DNA of 64,000 nt. It comes from the human T2T-CHM13v2.0 reference genome, Homo sapiens. Below the pieces are notes generated by a model that ran no database searches, was not told the origin of the DNA, and saw nothing but the letters and a program-made list of their open reading frames with translations. The DNA is taken from the NCBI RefSeq assembly GCF_009914755.1, contig NC_060927.1; one strand, written 5' to 3'. Positions 1-15,355 of the stretch are shown piece after piece. Each line of letters opens with the position of its first letter. Within the stretch, counting starts at the first letter, position 1. Both the position numbers and the translations under genes were made by a program.

Positions 1-422
1 AGTTTGATGTATTCCCTGACTCATAGCCTTGGGGCTTCTTACGCTTCAACTTGAAAAGCATAGGACCCAGAGGATCTCTTAGGTCTCTTGCAGCTCTGAT
101 ATGCTATAACACTTGCAACAAAGGAGAGTTTGTTCTTTAGTTTTGATAAAGTATACCTTTAAGAAATTATAAATCCATAACAGGGAAAAATATGACTGAC
201 TGATTTGCATGATGTAACATCTTTCTCTGAGAATTAAAGATTGCAATTCTATTTTATGTAGAAGCTGTTTCATCTGAAACTCCATGTAATTTAATAAATG
301 GATTGCAAAATTAGAAAAACCCTTTGTAGATGTCATCATTGTTGCTTTCAATCTTTCTTTGCTGCAATTCTGCTTTTTTCTTTCCTGGCTGCTAATTGGA
401 TTAAAGACTGTTTTTGCCAACC

Positions 423-466
423 ATGGCATCTGGAGATGACAGTCCTATCTTTGAAGATGATGAAAG
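423..466 (+). CDS. FAIM: FAIM-L-specific coding exon (exon 2b; exon ~407-466), MASGDDSPIFEDDE(S)
   Basis: ccATGG start at 423; translation matches the FAIM-L N-terminal extension; AG acceptor at 405-406, GTAAAT donor at 467; phase joins the next exon as AG|C. Confidence 0.93.
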
Positions 467-799
467 GTAAATGTCTTATATTGCAGTAAACTAGCCTTTG
501 ACATTTTCAAGATTGTTATCATTCAAAAGAGTGATTTATCCAAGATACTCTGTTAAGAATACATTTTGTAAAATTGCAGAATACATGGTTCTGCTTTTGT
601 GTGATTTAAAGCAGGAGTAGTAAATACCTGGCGTGGAGGTAGCCACTAGAAACATGGCATCCATTTCAGTAGAGCCTTGATGTGAGGTCTTCTCATTTCT
701 GTCAGCACAGAGTTCTTGGCAACCACTTCAAAATGATATAAAATCCATTTACCATCTTCAGTTTAGAGCGTACAGAGGAGATTAGGGCGAACAAAGAGG

Positions 800-1030
800 A
801 AGATGTAGTTAAGAGAACAGGCTTTGGAGCCAGAATCCTAGGTTTAAATCCTACCTCTGCCACTTAATGTCATTGTGACCTTAGGTAAACCCTTAGCCTC
901 TCTAAGCCTCATCTGTAAAATAAGGATACTAATAGTAGCCATCTCATGGTGATTCTATGAGTTAATATATTTAAAGCTCTTAGAACAATGACTGATACAT
1001 AGTTATCACTTAATAGCTGTTAGCTATGAT
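800..1030 (+). mobile_element. MIR SINE
   Basis: GGCTTTGGAGCCAG...TGTGACCTTAGG...CTCATCTGTAAAAT core. Confidence 0.75.
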
Positions 1031-1208
1031 TATTATTACTGTAATAAATGATACTTCTGTCAAAGCTAAAAAGATACACCAATATCAAAATATTAATTAG
1101 ATATTATGTATTATGTCATTCACATAGGATATATTAACATCAAAAATATATGTTGAAGTATATGCCAGAAATCTCTGACAAACCAAAATCCTTTATTTAT
1201 TTCTTATT

Positions 1209-1485
1209 TTTGAGACAGTCTCACTCTTTCACCCGGGCTGGAACGTGGTGGTGCAATCATGGCTCACTGCAGCCTCAACCTCCTGGGCTAAGATGGCTCT
1301 CTTACCTCAGCATCCCAAGTAGCTGGGACTCCAGGCATGCGCCATCACGTGTGACTAATATGTTTGTAGAGACAGGGTTTCACCATGTTGTCCAGGCTGG
1401 TCTGGAACTCCTGGGCTCAAGTAATCTGCCCACCTCAGTCTCCCAAAGTGCTAGGATTACAGGCATGAGCCCCTGCACCCAGCCC
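1209..1485 (-). mobile_element. Alu (J-like)
   Basis: Antisense Alu dimer. Confidence 0.9.
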
Positions 1486-2102
1486 AAAGTCCTTTATTTT
1501 TTTAAAATAAGATTTCCTGTAATAATGCCAAGAATATTTTTCATAACATTTAAAAATTATTTTTATCTTTATTATAGGGCATTTCTTCCATGACTTTTTT
1601 CTGTCTTAGTATAATAAATTAGAACCTTTTTGTTAAAACAAATCCCTAGTGCGAGTTTAAGTATGGGAGGTTTGGAGAGTTCTTGTTTTAGAGTGATTAG
1701 ACCTGAAAAAGAGAAATAAAATTAATTACCATGGTTTTTACATGGGAGCTGGTGGGAGAATAATAAAGACTTTTTACTGACCTTTCCATGCACTATACTG
1801 TAGCCTAACCTAGAATACTGACCAGGATAAACTGATGCATTCTTAATCCTATTAATATTAAGGTGGCTTTTTTTTAGAAGTAATCGGACTATGTACCCAT
1901 ATATAGTAGTTGTATCTTAAAGGAAGAGTGAATAAGAGGGAGAAAATAGTTACATGTACTGTGAGTAGAATTTCTTAGGTACTGTCACTTTAATATTTTG
2001 ACATTTTAGAGGTTTTAATCTAATATTTTCATCTTGGAAGGATTAATTGGTTATTTAATTAGTATTTTGGCCTACTATAATTGCTTTATTTTATTCCTTT
2101 AG

Positions 2103-2235
2103 CCCTCCTTACAGCCTAGAAAAAATGACAGATCTCGTAGCTGTTTGGGATGTTGCTTTAAGTGACGGAGTCCACAAGATCGAATTTGAACATGGGACTA
2201 CATCAGGCAAACGAGTAGTATATGTAGATGGAAAG
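2103..2235 (+). CDS. FAIM: FAIM coding exon with the FAIM-S start (ATG 2125): PPYSLEK-MTDLVAVWDVALSDGVHKIEFEHGTTSGKRVVYVDGK
   Basis: tttag acceptor at 2101-2102, GTAGG donor at 2236, translation matches FAIM. Confidence 0.96.
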
Positions 2236-2413
2236 GTAGGAAGAAAATATGTTACTTTGTAAAATATGATATATAGAGAAACTTGATTTTGTTAAAGTAG
2301 CATCTTCATATGTGAATTCAGGGCTTTTTTTTCTTGTAGTCATGTTTTTGATCTGTATCATTTTGCTGTGTAAAGCAAACATAGTTATAGAATTCATGGA
2401 ATATAGCGTGTAA

Positions 2414-2775
<362 letters not shown>

Positions 2776-2883
2776 ATGAAATTATATCTAAATGGCATTG
2801 CCTTTGTTCACTTTACGTTATTTCTAAAATTAGATATCAATTTTTCTTCCATTTGTTTCATATTTTTCTGTTTTATTATGTAG

Positions 2884-3112
2884 GAAGAGATAAGAAAAGA
2901 GTGGATGTTCAAATTAGTGGGCAAAGAAACATTCTATGTTGGAGCTGCAAAGACAAAAGCGACCATAAATATAGACGCTATCAGTGGTTTTGCTTATGAA
3001 TATACTCTGGAAATTAATGGGAAAAGTCTCAAGAAGTATATGGAGGACAGATCAAAAACCACCAATACTTGGGTATTACACATGGATGGTGAGAACTTTA
3101 GAATTGTTTTGG
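2884..3112 (+). CDS. FAIM: FAIM coding exon EEIRKEWMFKLVGKETF...GENFRIVL
   Basis: Polypyrimidine tract and tag acceptor, GTAAGT donor at 3113; overlaps ORF 2905..3168. Confidence 0.96.
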
Positions 3113-3452
3113 GTAAGTTAGTGCTGTTTCCGCAGAACTTTTTTTTTTTTTTTATAATGTCTGTTTAATTCCTGTAACTGTATTCAGACCTTCTATGGAG
3201 GTTTGAAAAGAAGAGGGAGTGTAAGTGCAGGTGTATTTCATTTGTTTAGAAACATTAAAAAAATTTTTTGTTTCCTATCTGCTTGGGATTGTCTAGCAGG
3301 TGTGTATATTGTCCAGCAGGTGTATTTCTAATGTGTCCTGAGTAAATGAAGCATTCATTTAATCCACCATTTTATATATAAGATATCTTAAGCCAGGTTT
3401 TATAGTGATGGATTTGAGGATTATAAATTTAGGTTTTAAAAAAATGTAATAT

Positions 3453-3749
3453 TGCCAGGCGCAGTGACTCATGCTTGTAATCCCAGCACTTTGGTAGGCT
3501 GAGGCGGGTGGATCACCTGAGGTCAGGAGTTTGAGACCAGCCTGGCCAACATGGTGAAACCCCGTCCCTACTAAAAATACAAAAATTAGCAGGACATAGT
3601 GGCACATGCCTGTAATCCCAGCTACTCGGGAGGCTGAGGCAGGGGAAATCACTTGAATCCAGGAGGCGGAGATTGCAATGAGCCGAGATCGCACCACTGC
3701 ATTCCAGTCTCAAAAAAAGCAAGACTCCATCTCAAAAAAAAAAAAAAAA
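3453..3749 (+). mobile_element. Alu (S-like)
   Basis: Dimer, A tail, TSD containing GTAATATT. Confidence 0.92.
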
Positions 3750-4070
3750 GTAATATTGATGTAGATTTTGGTATTATTTGGTATTTCTCTTTATAAATAT
3801 ATCTTAAAGGCAGTTGGAAATTTAGGATTTATCAGTAAGAAAGCAATATTTTCCTAGATAACAATAGGCTTAGGACTGCATCAGATCAAAATTATCAAAG
3901 TCTAGGACTTTTTGAAGAGTTTTTTTTGTTTGTTTTTCTAGGCTTTTCTGTTTGGGTTTCTCTTTTCTTATGGGAAGCAGATATATATCTTTTCTTTGCC
4001 CATATTCCTATGTCTGTTAGCAGTTTTACTCGTGTTCTCTATTGCTTGGAATTCTTTTCATTCTTTTATG

Positions 4071-4363
4071 TTTTTGAGACAGAGTCTCACTTTGTCGCCC
4101 AGGCTGGAATGCAGTGGTGTGCATGAACATGGCTCACTGCAGCCTTGTCCTCCTGGGCTCAAGTGATCCTCCAGCCTCAGCCTCCCGAGTAGCTGGGACC
4201 ACAGGTCCATGTCACCATGCCAGGCTAACTTTAAAAAAATTTTTTGTAGAGACAGGGTCTTGCCATGTTGGCCAGGCTAATCTAGAGCTCCTGGGCTCAA
4301 GTGATCCTCCTGCCTCAGCCTCCAAAAGTGCTGGGATTACAGGTGTGAGCAGCTGTGCCCACC
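4071..4363 (-). mobile_element. Alu (J-like)
   Basis: Antisense dimer. Confidence 0.9.
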
Positions 4364-5384
4364 CTTCTTTTCATTCTTAACAACAATATTCTTGGAAGTC
4401 TGTTGCCCTCCTGTTCTAAGTATCCAAGTCTGCTGCTTTGTGGCCACCCTAGGCTTTCTTTCATGGAACCCTTTTGTTCTTCCAGTTATTGAACCCCACA
4501 ACTCCTGCTTTCATCTTTGTTTACTGGAATATATTCCTTAGGTAATCTCCTGATAAAGGGTGTCTAAGAAATAAACATTACTTTGATCCTCATGCTAAGT
4601 TGATAGTTTTGTTCAGTACAGAGTTTTAATTTCAAACTCACTTTCTCTCAGAATTTTTGAAACCCTTATTCCAGTAGCTTCTATTCTCCATTGTTTTAAA
4701 TGAAAAGTTTTGTGCCAATCTGAATCTCATTTTTTTCTTTCCAGAAGGTTTTGGGAGCTCATCTTATCCCTTATATTTCCAAATTTCATAGTGATATGTT
4801 TAGGAATATAGTTACTCAACCTGCAATAAAGTTTTAGAACCACTGGATCTCATTAATAATGGAAATTTTAGTTTTTAAAAGGATTATGATTAGTGTCAAC
4901 ACACTTAAACATATGGGACTTTAACAGATGATGAAACCAGGCCTTTAAATTAATTTTAGGTACTTAATCAGCTGCTTTGCCAACTTGTAATACAATTGAT
5001 ATTAACTTTTCCTAGGTGAAATGGAAGAGACTGCCTGAGCTATGCCTAGCATACAGTTAGTTCTCTTTTAAATGTCCAGGGGCCTGCTTATCTACTTGTG
5101 AATTATCTCGGGTCTTTAAAAAATATATTTTTCTGCTTTTACTCCTTGTCTGCCTTTACTCTTCTTTATCCATTTGCAATCCCTCATGAGCCTGGAAATG
5201 AGACAGAGTTCAGCCCCAACTTGTCCCTTTTGCTGTTTGGAAGGGATAAGGGACCAGAGTTGTTTACTGAGGTAAAGGCAAAATTGCATATGTTATTGAT
5301 ATTGCTTGCACTTCTGCTTCCAAGATCCATCAAACTTTGGACTATGCTGACTACAGCCTACATTTTACAGATTAGTTATGAAGA

Positions 5385-6214
<830 letters not shown>

Positions 6215-6369
6215 TCATGGGCAAAGAATGGGCTTATCTAGAGTCTCCTGGTAAAATTCACTCTTGTATGTTATGTGGCAAGTTTCAAATAACAATATTA
6301 TATGACTTGCTAAATTTTATATTGAGAAATTAGAGCAAGGCCACAAAAAAGCTTTGAATAACAAAACAT

Positions 6370-6570
6370 TATGATTTACTGAGGTCATATTATGTGCCAG
6401 ATACTATACTAGGCACTTTATATAATTATTTCTAACCCTTATAACAGCCTATGGGAAAGGTGGTATCATCTTCATTTGCCCCTGAGGAAATGGAAGCTCA
6501 GAGTGGTGGTGACTTGCCAAAGGGTACTGCTAGTAAAGAGTGATGCTGAGACCTGACCTCAAAGATCATG
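6370..6570 (-). mobile_element. MIR SINE
   Basis: TGAGGAAATGGAAGCTCAGAG...GACTTGCC antisense core. Confidence 0.6.
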
Positions 6571-6929
6571 TGCATTTTTTTTCACCACCTAAAAAATGTG
6601 AGGCATATAAGGGCAATGAAAACAGGGTTGGTTAGCATTCTCAGCTCTTGTAGTCTCCACACCACTGAATACCATGGGAGGAAAATAAAGCTGGCAGGAG
6701 GAAAGTACATATGAAACTTCACGCTGGAAGGAAATTCTCTTTCTGTTCTGAAAAGTTTCTCTTTGATAGCATTTACAGAACATAACCTGCTCAGGACTCA
6801 CCTGGGAAGTCCCTAGCTATTGTTCATGCGGCTGAGGGAATCCGCAGGCAAAGAGGAGATGCTCCAAGATGAACATGCAGCAGCAACTCCCATGAGTCAC
6901 TAAATCCAGCACTGAGTCATAATAGATTT

Positions 6930-8230
<1,301 letters not shown>

Positions 8231-9015
8231 ATTAGTAGTGTTCTTCAGAGGCATGCTAATACGCTATTGTAGAAACTCTGAGTACACGTACATGTTCAGT
8301 AAGCATAGCAAGTAAAATACCAGTTTCTACCATCATCGTGGTTTATCATAGCACTGTGTGCACTGATCATGTCTTGGGACAAGTTGAGTTTACCTGCACC
8401 TGTGACTATAGCAGCTTTCTATGAAGGCTGCCACTGAGGTGACCCCTGCCCATATCTCCTGGACCCCTCTGGCTTTCTCTTTTTCCATCTAGCGCACCTC
8501 AAAGGCTTTTCTCCCATCTCTAAGTGAGGCTCCCATCTCAAGGTATGGGGAGAGAAAGAACCCCCTTTAGACTGTGCTCCTGGAGCAGATGGCCAGGCAG
8601 TAAGACCCTGGACTGGTGCCTCAAACCTGACCCCCAGACTCCTTGTGCACATACAGGCCATACTTCCTTCTCTTCTTCACTATAATACCCAAAGCTCAAC
8701 TTCTGGCTTCTTGATTAGTGTAGTCTTCTCTCCTGCTACTCCTGAGGACACTAACATTTGCAAGGGGCTCTGGGGACTCCTCCACCCTGAGATGAGCTAT
8801 GGCAAGTTAACTGATCCATTTAAGTGTGTCGGGGCAGCATTTTGTTCCATATTGTTCCTTAGTGTGCAGTCCACCAGCTATACCTATTTTTTACTTGTAA
8901 TCCAATAATTTTTCTCTAAACTGAAACCATTATGAAAAGGAATAGACATTATTGTACTACCTAGTAAGAAGCTGGACTAGATTTCTAAAGCGGACATGCT
9001 GTCTATCCTATATAA

Positions 9016-9477
<462 letters not shown>

Positions 9478-9801
9478 TGTATGCATCCTTCTTTAAAGAT
9501 TGTCCTTTTGGATTCATTTTGTTTCATAAGGCTTCATCAATTTGTATTAAGACCATAACTTTCTCTTAAAAGGTTGTTTTGTTTCATTATAGTTTTATGA
9601 ACAAAGAACAAACACAGCTTCTTCAAATTTTAGGAGAGTCTGCAAGCCATGAAAGCCATGAAAAAGTGTTGGGTTTTGGAATATTAATGGAGTTTTAGAG
9701 ATCTGGTATATCAATCCTTTCCTAAAGTAATAAATAGGAAAAGTTAACTTTATCTTTAAATCACAGAATTATAACTTAAAGTTTTTATGTTACCTTTACA
9801 G

Positions 9802-9851
9802 AAAAAGATGCTATGGACGTATGGTGCAATGGTAAAAAATTGGAGACAGCG
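9802..9851 (+). CDS. FAIM: FAIM 50-nt coding exon (E)KDAMDVWCNGKKLETA
   Basis: tttacag acceptor, GTAAGT donor at 9852, phase continuous with both neighbours. Confidence 0.95.
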
Positions 9852-11552
9852 GTAAGTTGACTATTTGATGACTCTAAGTGCCATGTGTCTCAGTTACCAT
9901 TGAATTGTTGCTGCATTTCCTAATTATAGAGATTTTATAATGAATCAAGGCCCTCTTGATAAAAACAAAAAAGGGATTAAGTACTCCTGACTTCAGATTC
10001 TGAAAACCTTTGCCAGATGGTGCCTGGTACCGTGAGTTTGGAAACAACTCATGTTCTTAGCTGGCACTAGCTTCATACTCTCCCTTTCCTGTCCTGGACC
10101 AGGCTCCAGCATAGCAAGTAAAATACCTAAAAAGAGCCCCTAGTTAAAAAATTATATCCCCAGAGGTTGGTGTCCTCTTGTGTTGATCCATTTGAAGTGG
10201 TGCGTTATCACTGCTTCTCAAACTTGCATGCACAGAAATTGCCTGGAATCTTGTTAAAATGCTAATTCTAACATTTCCCTAGGTGCTGCTAATGCTACTG
10301 GTCCACAGATCACACTTTAGGAATGCTTTACACCATACACTCAAAGCAGATGGTTCTTTTCTGAAAGCGAGATTTTTGTAAAATGAGTGATACAATATCA
10401 GATGACACGAAGGTAGACGAACAGGAAAGGGCACTCTCACGAACCCCAGAGGACAAGTGGAATTTTAGACCAGCAGTGCCAATGCGAGGAGAAAGAGGCT
10501 CCCCCAGTCACTGTGGCCAGGCACACTGAAATCCCCATCTAGATAGACTCCAGTGTGTTTGACTTTTGCTATCAGGTGCTTGGATTACTATGGCTGTGGA
10601 TGGGATGAATGTAGGAGTGAATTTCAAGCAGGAGTGAAACAGTAGTAGTGTGCACAGGGGAGAGAGTGGGAAACAGAAAGTGTGGGACTAGGAGCCGAAA
10701 TCACTGGGTGGTAATCCCCATGTCTTATGGGGTCTGTGGGCCAAGCAGGGAGTGCTATCCCTGGGACCCACCTTTCATGCTGGCTCCAGATGTGAACATC
10801 AGGGCTAGAGATAATCGGAAGCTCTCTTCTCTGGTCACATTTTGCATGTTGTAGTTGCTTTTATCTCATTTGTATAGTATAGGTTTAAGACAGTGAGAAA
10901 AGGTGATTTTGGTAGTTGGAGGAAAGGAGGTCTGGGATTAATTCATTCAGAAGACCACCTAGAACCTACTTGGTCTGATAGCTGTTTCTGAGGAGGTGAC
11001 AAAACCAGAAATCAAAAATTACAAAGATGAAGCCACACGTGGTAGCACAGGTCTGTAGTGGCTTCCTACTTGGGAGGCTGACGTGAGAGGGACCCTTGAG
11101 CCTAGGAGTTTTAGGCCAGCCTGAGCAACATAGTGAGACCCATCTCTAAAAAAATTAATCAATCAATTGAAATTTAAAAGTTACAAAGATGAATGCTTTT
11201 CTGTTTCTGAGTCCTGAAGAATTTAATTTGGGCTCACTCTAAATTGAGTGCTTGAGCTGCTCTCTGGGTTAAATCTACTGATAGAGACTTCTTTTATGCA
11301 GAGAGGCTTGGAGAGTGCTTCAGTATTTTATGGCCCCCTTTGGAAAAACTCCAGTTACCACTAACATGGATCAGATACCTACTGTGTGCCCAATGCCATA
11401 CCTGGTGGTTCTTCCTGTTCTTTTTTTCCTACCCTGGAATTCTCTAGATAGGGAATCAGCACTTTTGAATTGCATTTCCTCCCATATTCAAGAAATTCTC
11501 CAGTGCACATGTAAAGAGAATGCTGTTTTATGGTATTAAGAATATGGTTGTA

Positions 11553-12112
11553 CTGGGCGAGGTGACTCATGCATGTAATCCCAGCACTTTGGGAGGCTGA
11601 GGCGGGCAGATTGCTTGAACCTAGGAGTTAGAGACTAGTCTGGGTGACATGGCGAAACCCCTCTCTACTAAAAATACAAAAATTAATAGAGCATGGTGGC
11701 ACATGCCTATAGTCCCAGCTACTCAGGAGGCTGAGGTGGAAGAATTACCTGAGCCCAGGGAGATTGAGGCTGCAGTGAGCCAAGGTTGCACCACGGCACT
11801 CCAGCCTCGGTAACAGAATGTGAGACCCTGTCTCAAAAAAAAAAAAAAAAATGCAGTTGTAACTTTGGGAGGCCAAGATGGGAGGATCATTTGAGGCCAG
11901 GAGCTCATGACCATCCTGGGCAACATGATGAGGCCCTATCTCTATAAATTTTTTTTTTTAAGTTAGCTGTGTATGGTGGTGTGTACCTGGTCCCCGCTGC
12001 TCAGGAGGCTGAGGCAGGAGGACTGCTTGAGCCCAGGAGTTCAAGGCTGCAATGAACTACAGTTGTACCCCTGTACTCCAGCCTGGGTGGCAAGAGCAAG
12101 ACCCTGTCACAC
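11553..12112 (+). mobile_element. Two tandem Alus (11553-11851; 11862-12112); Alu monomer nearby at ~11030-11155
   Basis: Alu consensus motifs. Confidence 0.88.
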
Positions 12113-12814
12113 ACATACACAAGGAATGTTGTTGTGGTTGTAAAAAGGTGAAAATAATATTCATCCACATGTCTTTGTTTTGTAGTAATTAACAGGAAAC
12201 TACATGTGTTTGGAAATAGCTCTTTATAACACAGTTGCCTTCTCATTGTAACTACAACCTAGTTTGCAGGGCAGTTTGGGCAGCCCCATATCTAGGCAGC
12301 CTTCCCCAGTACTGTACGTACCCACAACAAACTCATCTTGTTGCCTGTGAGTTACAGCTTATTTTCTCCTTTTTATCTCAAAGCATCGTGCCAAAATTAT
12401 ATATTTGTCCAATTGCCAAGAAGCTACGTATATAGATTGTATTACCTAACCCTTGCCCTTTCTTCCGAAGTCTTTTTTCAAGGCTCAATATTAAAAATGG
12501 GGACAAGAACACACTGCACCCAAGGACATGCTTGTGGTATTCAGCATACCTCCCATAAGGAGCCACGGGCCACATCCTTCCCAGAGCTAGGAAAAGGCTT
12601 CTCTCCCTGAGGCATCCTGTGCCTTCTTTGGCTTGGTTTGTTAACTGGGGGGCCTTGTTCTATCTACTTTGGCTGCCAGGAAGCTAATAGCCAGGGGGTT
12701 TAAGTCTGATTTTTGGTTTCTTTGCTTTCTGGCATAAATCTTTTTTTTATCCTCTAAGCCTCTTCTTTCTTCCTTCCTTCTCTGCGCTACCTGGCGCTAA
12801 TCTTTTTACTCTAG

Positions 12815-13135
12815 ATCACTGCTACTCAATCAAAGCATAATATGAGGCACAGATAGGACCTTCATGTGTAATTTTAATTTATCTAGTATCCATATTTGAA
12901 AAAATTTTAGGTGAAGTTAAATATTATATTTGATTTAAATCAATATACCAAAAATAGTATTTAACATGTAATCAGTATAAAAAGTTATTTTATACATTTT
13001 TTTGTTTCATACTAGGTCTTCTAAATCCAGTGTCTATTTTATATTTAAACAGCATATCTATTTTCAGACTAGTCAATTTGAAGTGCCCAATAGCCACATG
13101 TGGCCAGTGGCTACTGTATTGAACAGAACAGGTAT
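12815..13135. mobile_element. hAT-Charlie MER33/MER3-type element
   Basis: CAATAGCCACATGTGGCCAGTGGCTACTGTATTG terminal motif. Confidence 0.65.
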
Positions 13136-13624
13136 AGATTTAGTGGTGTTTGGTTTTGTTATATGTATATTTTACTGTAAGCCACCTTATACCCAGAGGA
13201 ATCAGATTTTCAGAGTGGCTAAGAACACTCCATCCCTGGCTGGATGCAGTGGCTCACACCTGTAATCCCAGCACTGTGGGAGGCTAAGGTGGGTAGATCA
13301 CTTGAGGTATATTATAAATAACTAATAAATGTCATATTTATCATTTTTATTTTTGAAAACATAGACACATAGTCATGAGGTTTATATTCCTCCCCCAAGA
13401 ATTTAAGATTCTTAAGGATTGTAGGGGTTATGAAAAGGAAACTTTCAATTCATAACAGAAATGTAAAAGCATCTAAGTACAAGCTTTAGACTTTGTTTTT
13501 CAAAGCTTATTGTTTAACTAATACATTATTTTATTGCACTACTAGTACTTTTAGATGGTGTGAATGCTCTAGACAGAGATAAAAGTTTCTGCACCACTAA
13601 TTCCTTCTTCTTTTGTTGCTCCAG

Positions 13625-13774
13625 GGTGAGTTTGTAGATGATGGGACTGAAACTCACTTCAGTATCGGGAACCATGACTGTTACATAAAGGCTGTCAGTA
13701 GTGGGAAGCGGAAAGAAGGGATTATTCATACTCTCATTGTGGATAATAGAGAAATCCCAGAGATTGCAAGTTAA
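13625..13774 (+). CDS. FAIM: FAIM last coding exon GEFVDDGTETHFSIG...NREIPEIAS*
   Basis: ctccag acceptor, TAA at 13772-13774; the spliced exons give 179 aa (FAIM-S) and 201 aa (FAIM-L). Confidence 0.96.
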   Translation, partial: GEFVDDGTETHFSIGNHDCYIKAVSSGKRKEGIIHTLIVDNREIPEIAS

Positions 13775-14051
13775 TGAATTTTCATCTTAAGAAGTAAAGA
13801 TCAGGACTTTTTAATTACTGTGGTAATTAAATGTGTTCAGTATGTACTTATCAGTACATTTAGTCTGCAATGTTTTAATTTTTTAAAAAGTTACATGAAA
13901 CTAACATTCCAAGGGTCAGGAAAAAAACCAATTATGTATAGTCATAAAAATTACAATTTATGATGCAAATAATGTAAAATGTTTTAAAGACAAATGGCAA
14001 ATAAGATATGGACCAAAGTCACTAATGTTTTACAACAGTAACCTTTACTAT

Positions 14052-14057
14052 AATAAA
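14052..14057 (+). terminator. FAIM: FAIM poly(A) signal AATAAA (3'UTR ~13775-14070)
   Basis: AATAAA about 280 nt after the stop, followed by GT/T-rich downstream sequence (ttgatttgtgttt). Confidence 0.75.
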
Positions 14058-14644
14058 TACTTTTAAAAAAATCTGCTTGATTTGTGTTTATATGTATGGG
14101 TAAGTATGTGTTTTTAACCTGTGCAGATAGGTTTTCTCTCTAGTTTAAAGCAGTTGGTACATAATGATACAATTAGTTTAACTGAAGAAAATGAGAAACT
14201 TTTTTTTATTTGGAAACATTAAGGAAACTTCAGATAGTGTCACAAGAATTTAATTTAAAATGTGGGTTTCTGAAAATGTAGTTGTTTTGTTTAATTAACA
14301 TGGTGAAGACATAAACCAAAAGGAAAAGAAGCAAAAACTCCTTTACACCAGATTGTATCAAGTGCTTCCTCAGGCAGTATTTAAAAAGTCTGAGTTGCGT
14401 ATCTGTGCCTGGATGTGGTGCCAGTGTTTGTTTGTTAGTGCTTCTGTGACTGAATCGGCCTGTGCAGGCATACTCACAAAGACCAGCCAAGTCAGTACAT
14501 TAAGTGCCTGAGGGTTGGTCACTTCAATACTCTGAAAGTCTTTCAAGGCAGGATATAGTTTAATAGTAGACCACATTGGGGCATTTCACATCTGTTATCA
14601 CTGCTGATCTTCTGTGTGAAGGGGCATTCTCCATTTTTTTGACT

Positions 14645-14845
14645 TGCTCTGTCCAATATGGTTGCCATTAGTCACATGGCTATTTAAGTTAATTAAAATT
14701 AAGTACAATCAAAAATTCAGTTTCTTAGTCACGCTAGCTACACTTCAAGTGCTCAACAGTCACATGTGGCTAGTGGCTATCATACCAGACAGTATATAGA
14801 ACATTTCCGTCACCACACCAAGTTCTGTTGGACAGCACTGGTCTA
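14645..14845. mobile_element. MER3 (hAT-Charlie)
   Basis: Inverted ends CTGTCCAA...TTGGACAG; CACATGTGGCTAGTGGCTA. Confidence 0.7.
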
Positions 14846-14864
14846 GATAGATAGATAGATAGAT
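14844..14864. repeat. (TAGA)5 microsatellite
   Basis: Directly visible. Confidence 0.9.
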
Positions 14865-15222
14865 TGTCTCAGGCTGAGTGAGTTGCTCAGTAGTGGCATA
14901 GGATTTTAAATCCAGGTTTTTCTGATACTAAGACTTAGGCCCTTTACTACGATCTCCCTGTCATTAACATATTTTGAAGAGATTTTGGGCAGAACAGAGG
15001 CAGAACCAGGTTCTAACAGCAGGAAAGAGAAATTGAGGGGCAGGAGAGCAGTGAGGGAAGACATTTTGGAGAGGCCAGGACCCGGCAGGCAACATGCAGG
15101 GTTGCAGGGCGGCAGCGTGGGTGTATTGAAAAGCCTTGACTCCTTCTTTCTTCTAACACCTTTTATTTTGAAGTCTTTACCACTGGCAGCTCAGCGTACT
15201 ACCTTTACAAAAACGTTTACAA

Positions 15223-15355
15223 GGCTGGGCTGGTGGCTCATGCCTCTAATCCCAACATTTTGGAAGGCTGAGACAGTAGGATTGCTTTAGCCCAAGAGTT
15301 CAAGACCAGCCTGAGCAACATAGTGAGACCCTGTCTCTACAAAATAAAACAAAAA
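15223..15355 (+). mobile_element. FLAM/Alu left monomer
   Basis: Single monomer with A-rich tail. Confidence 0.8.
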
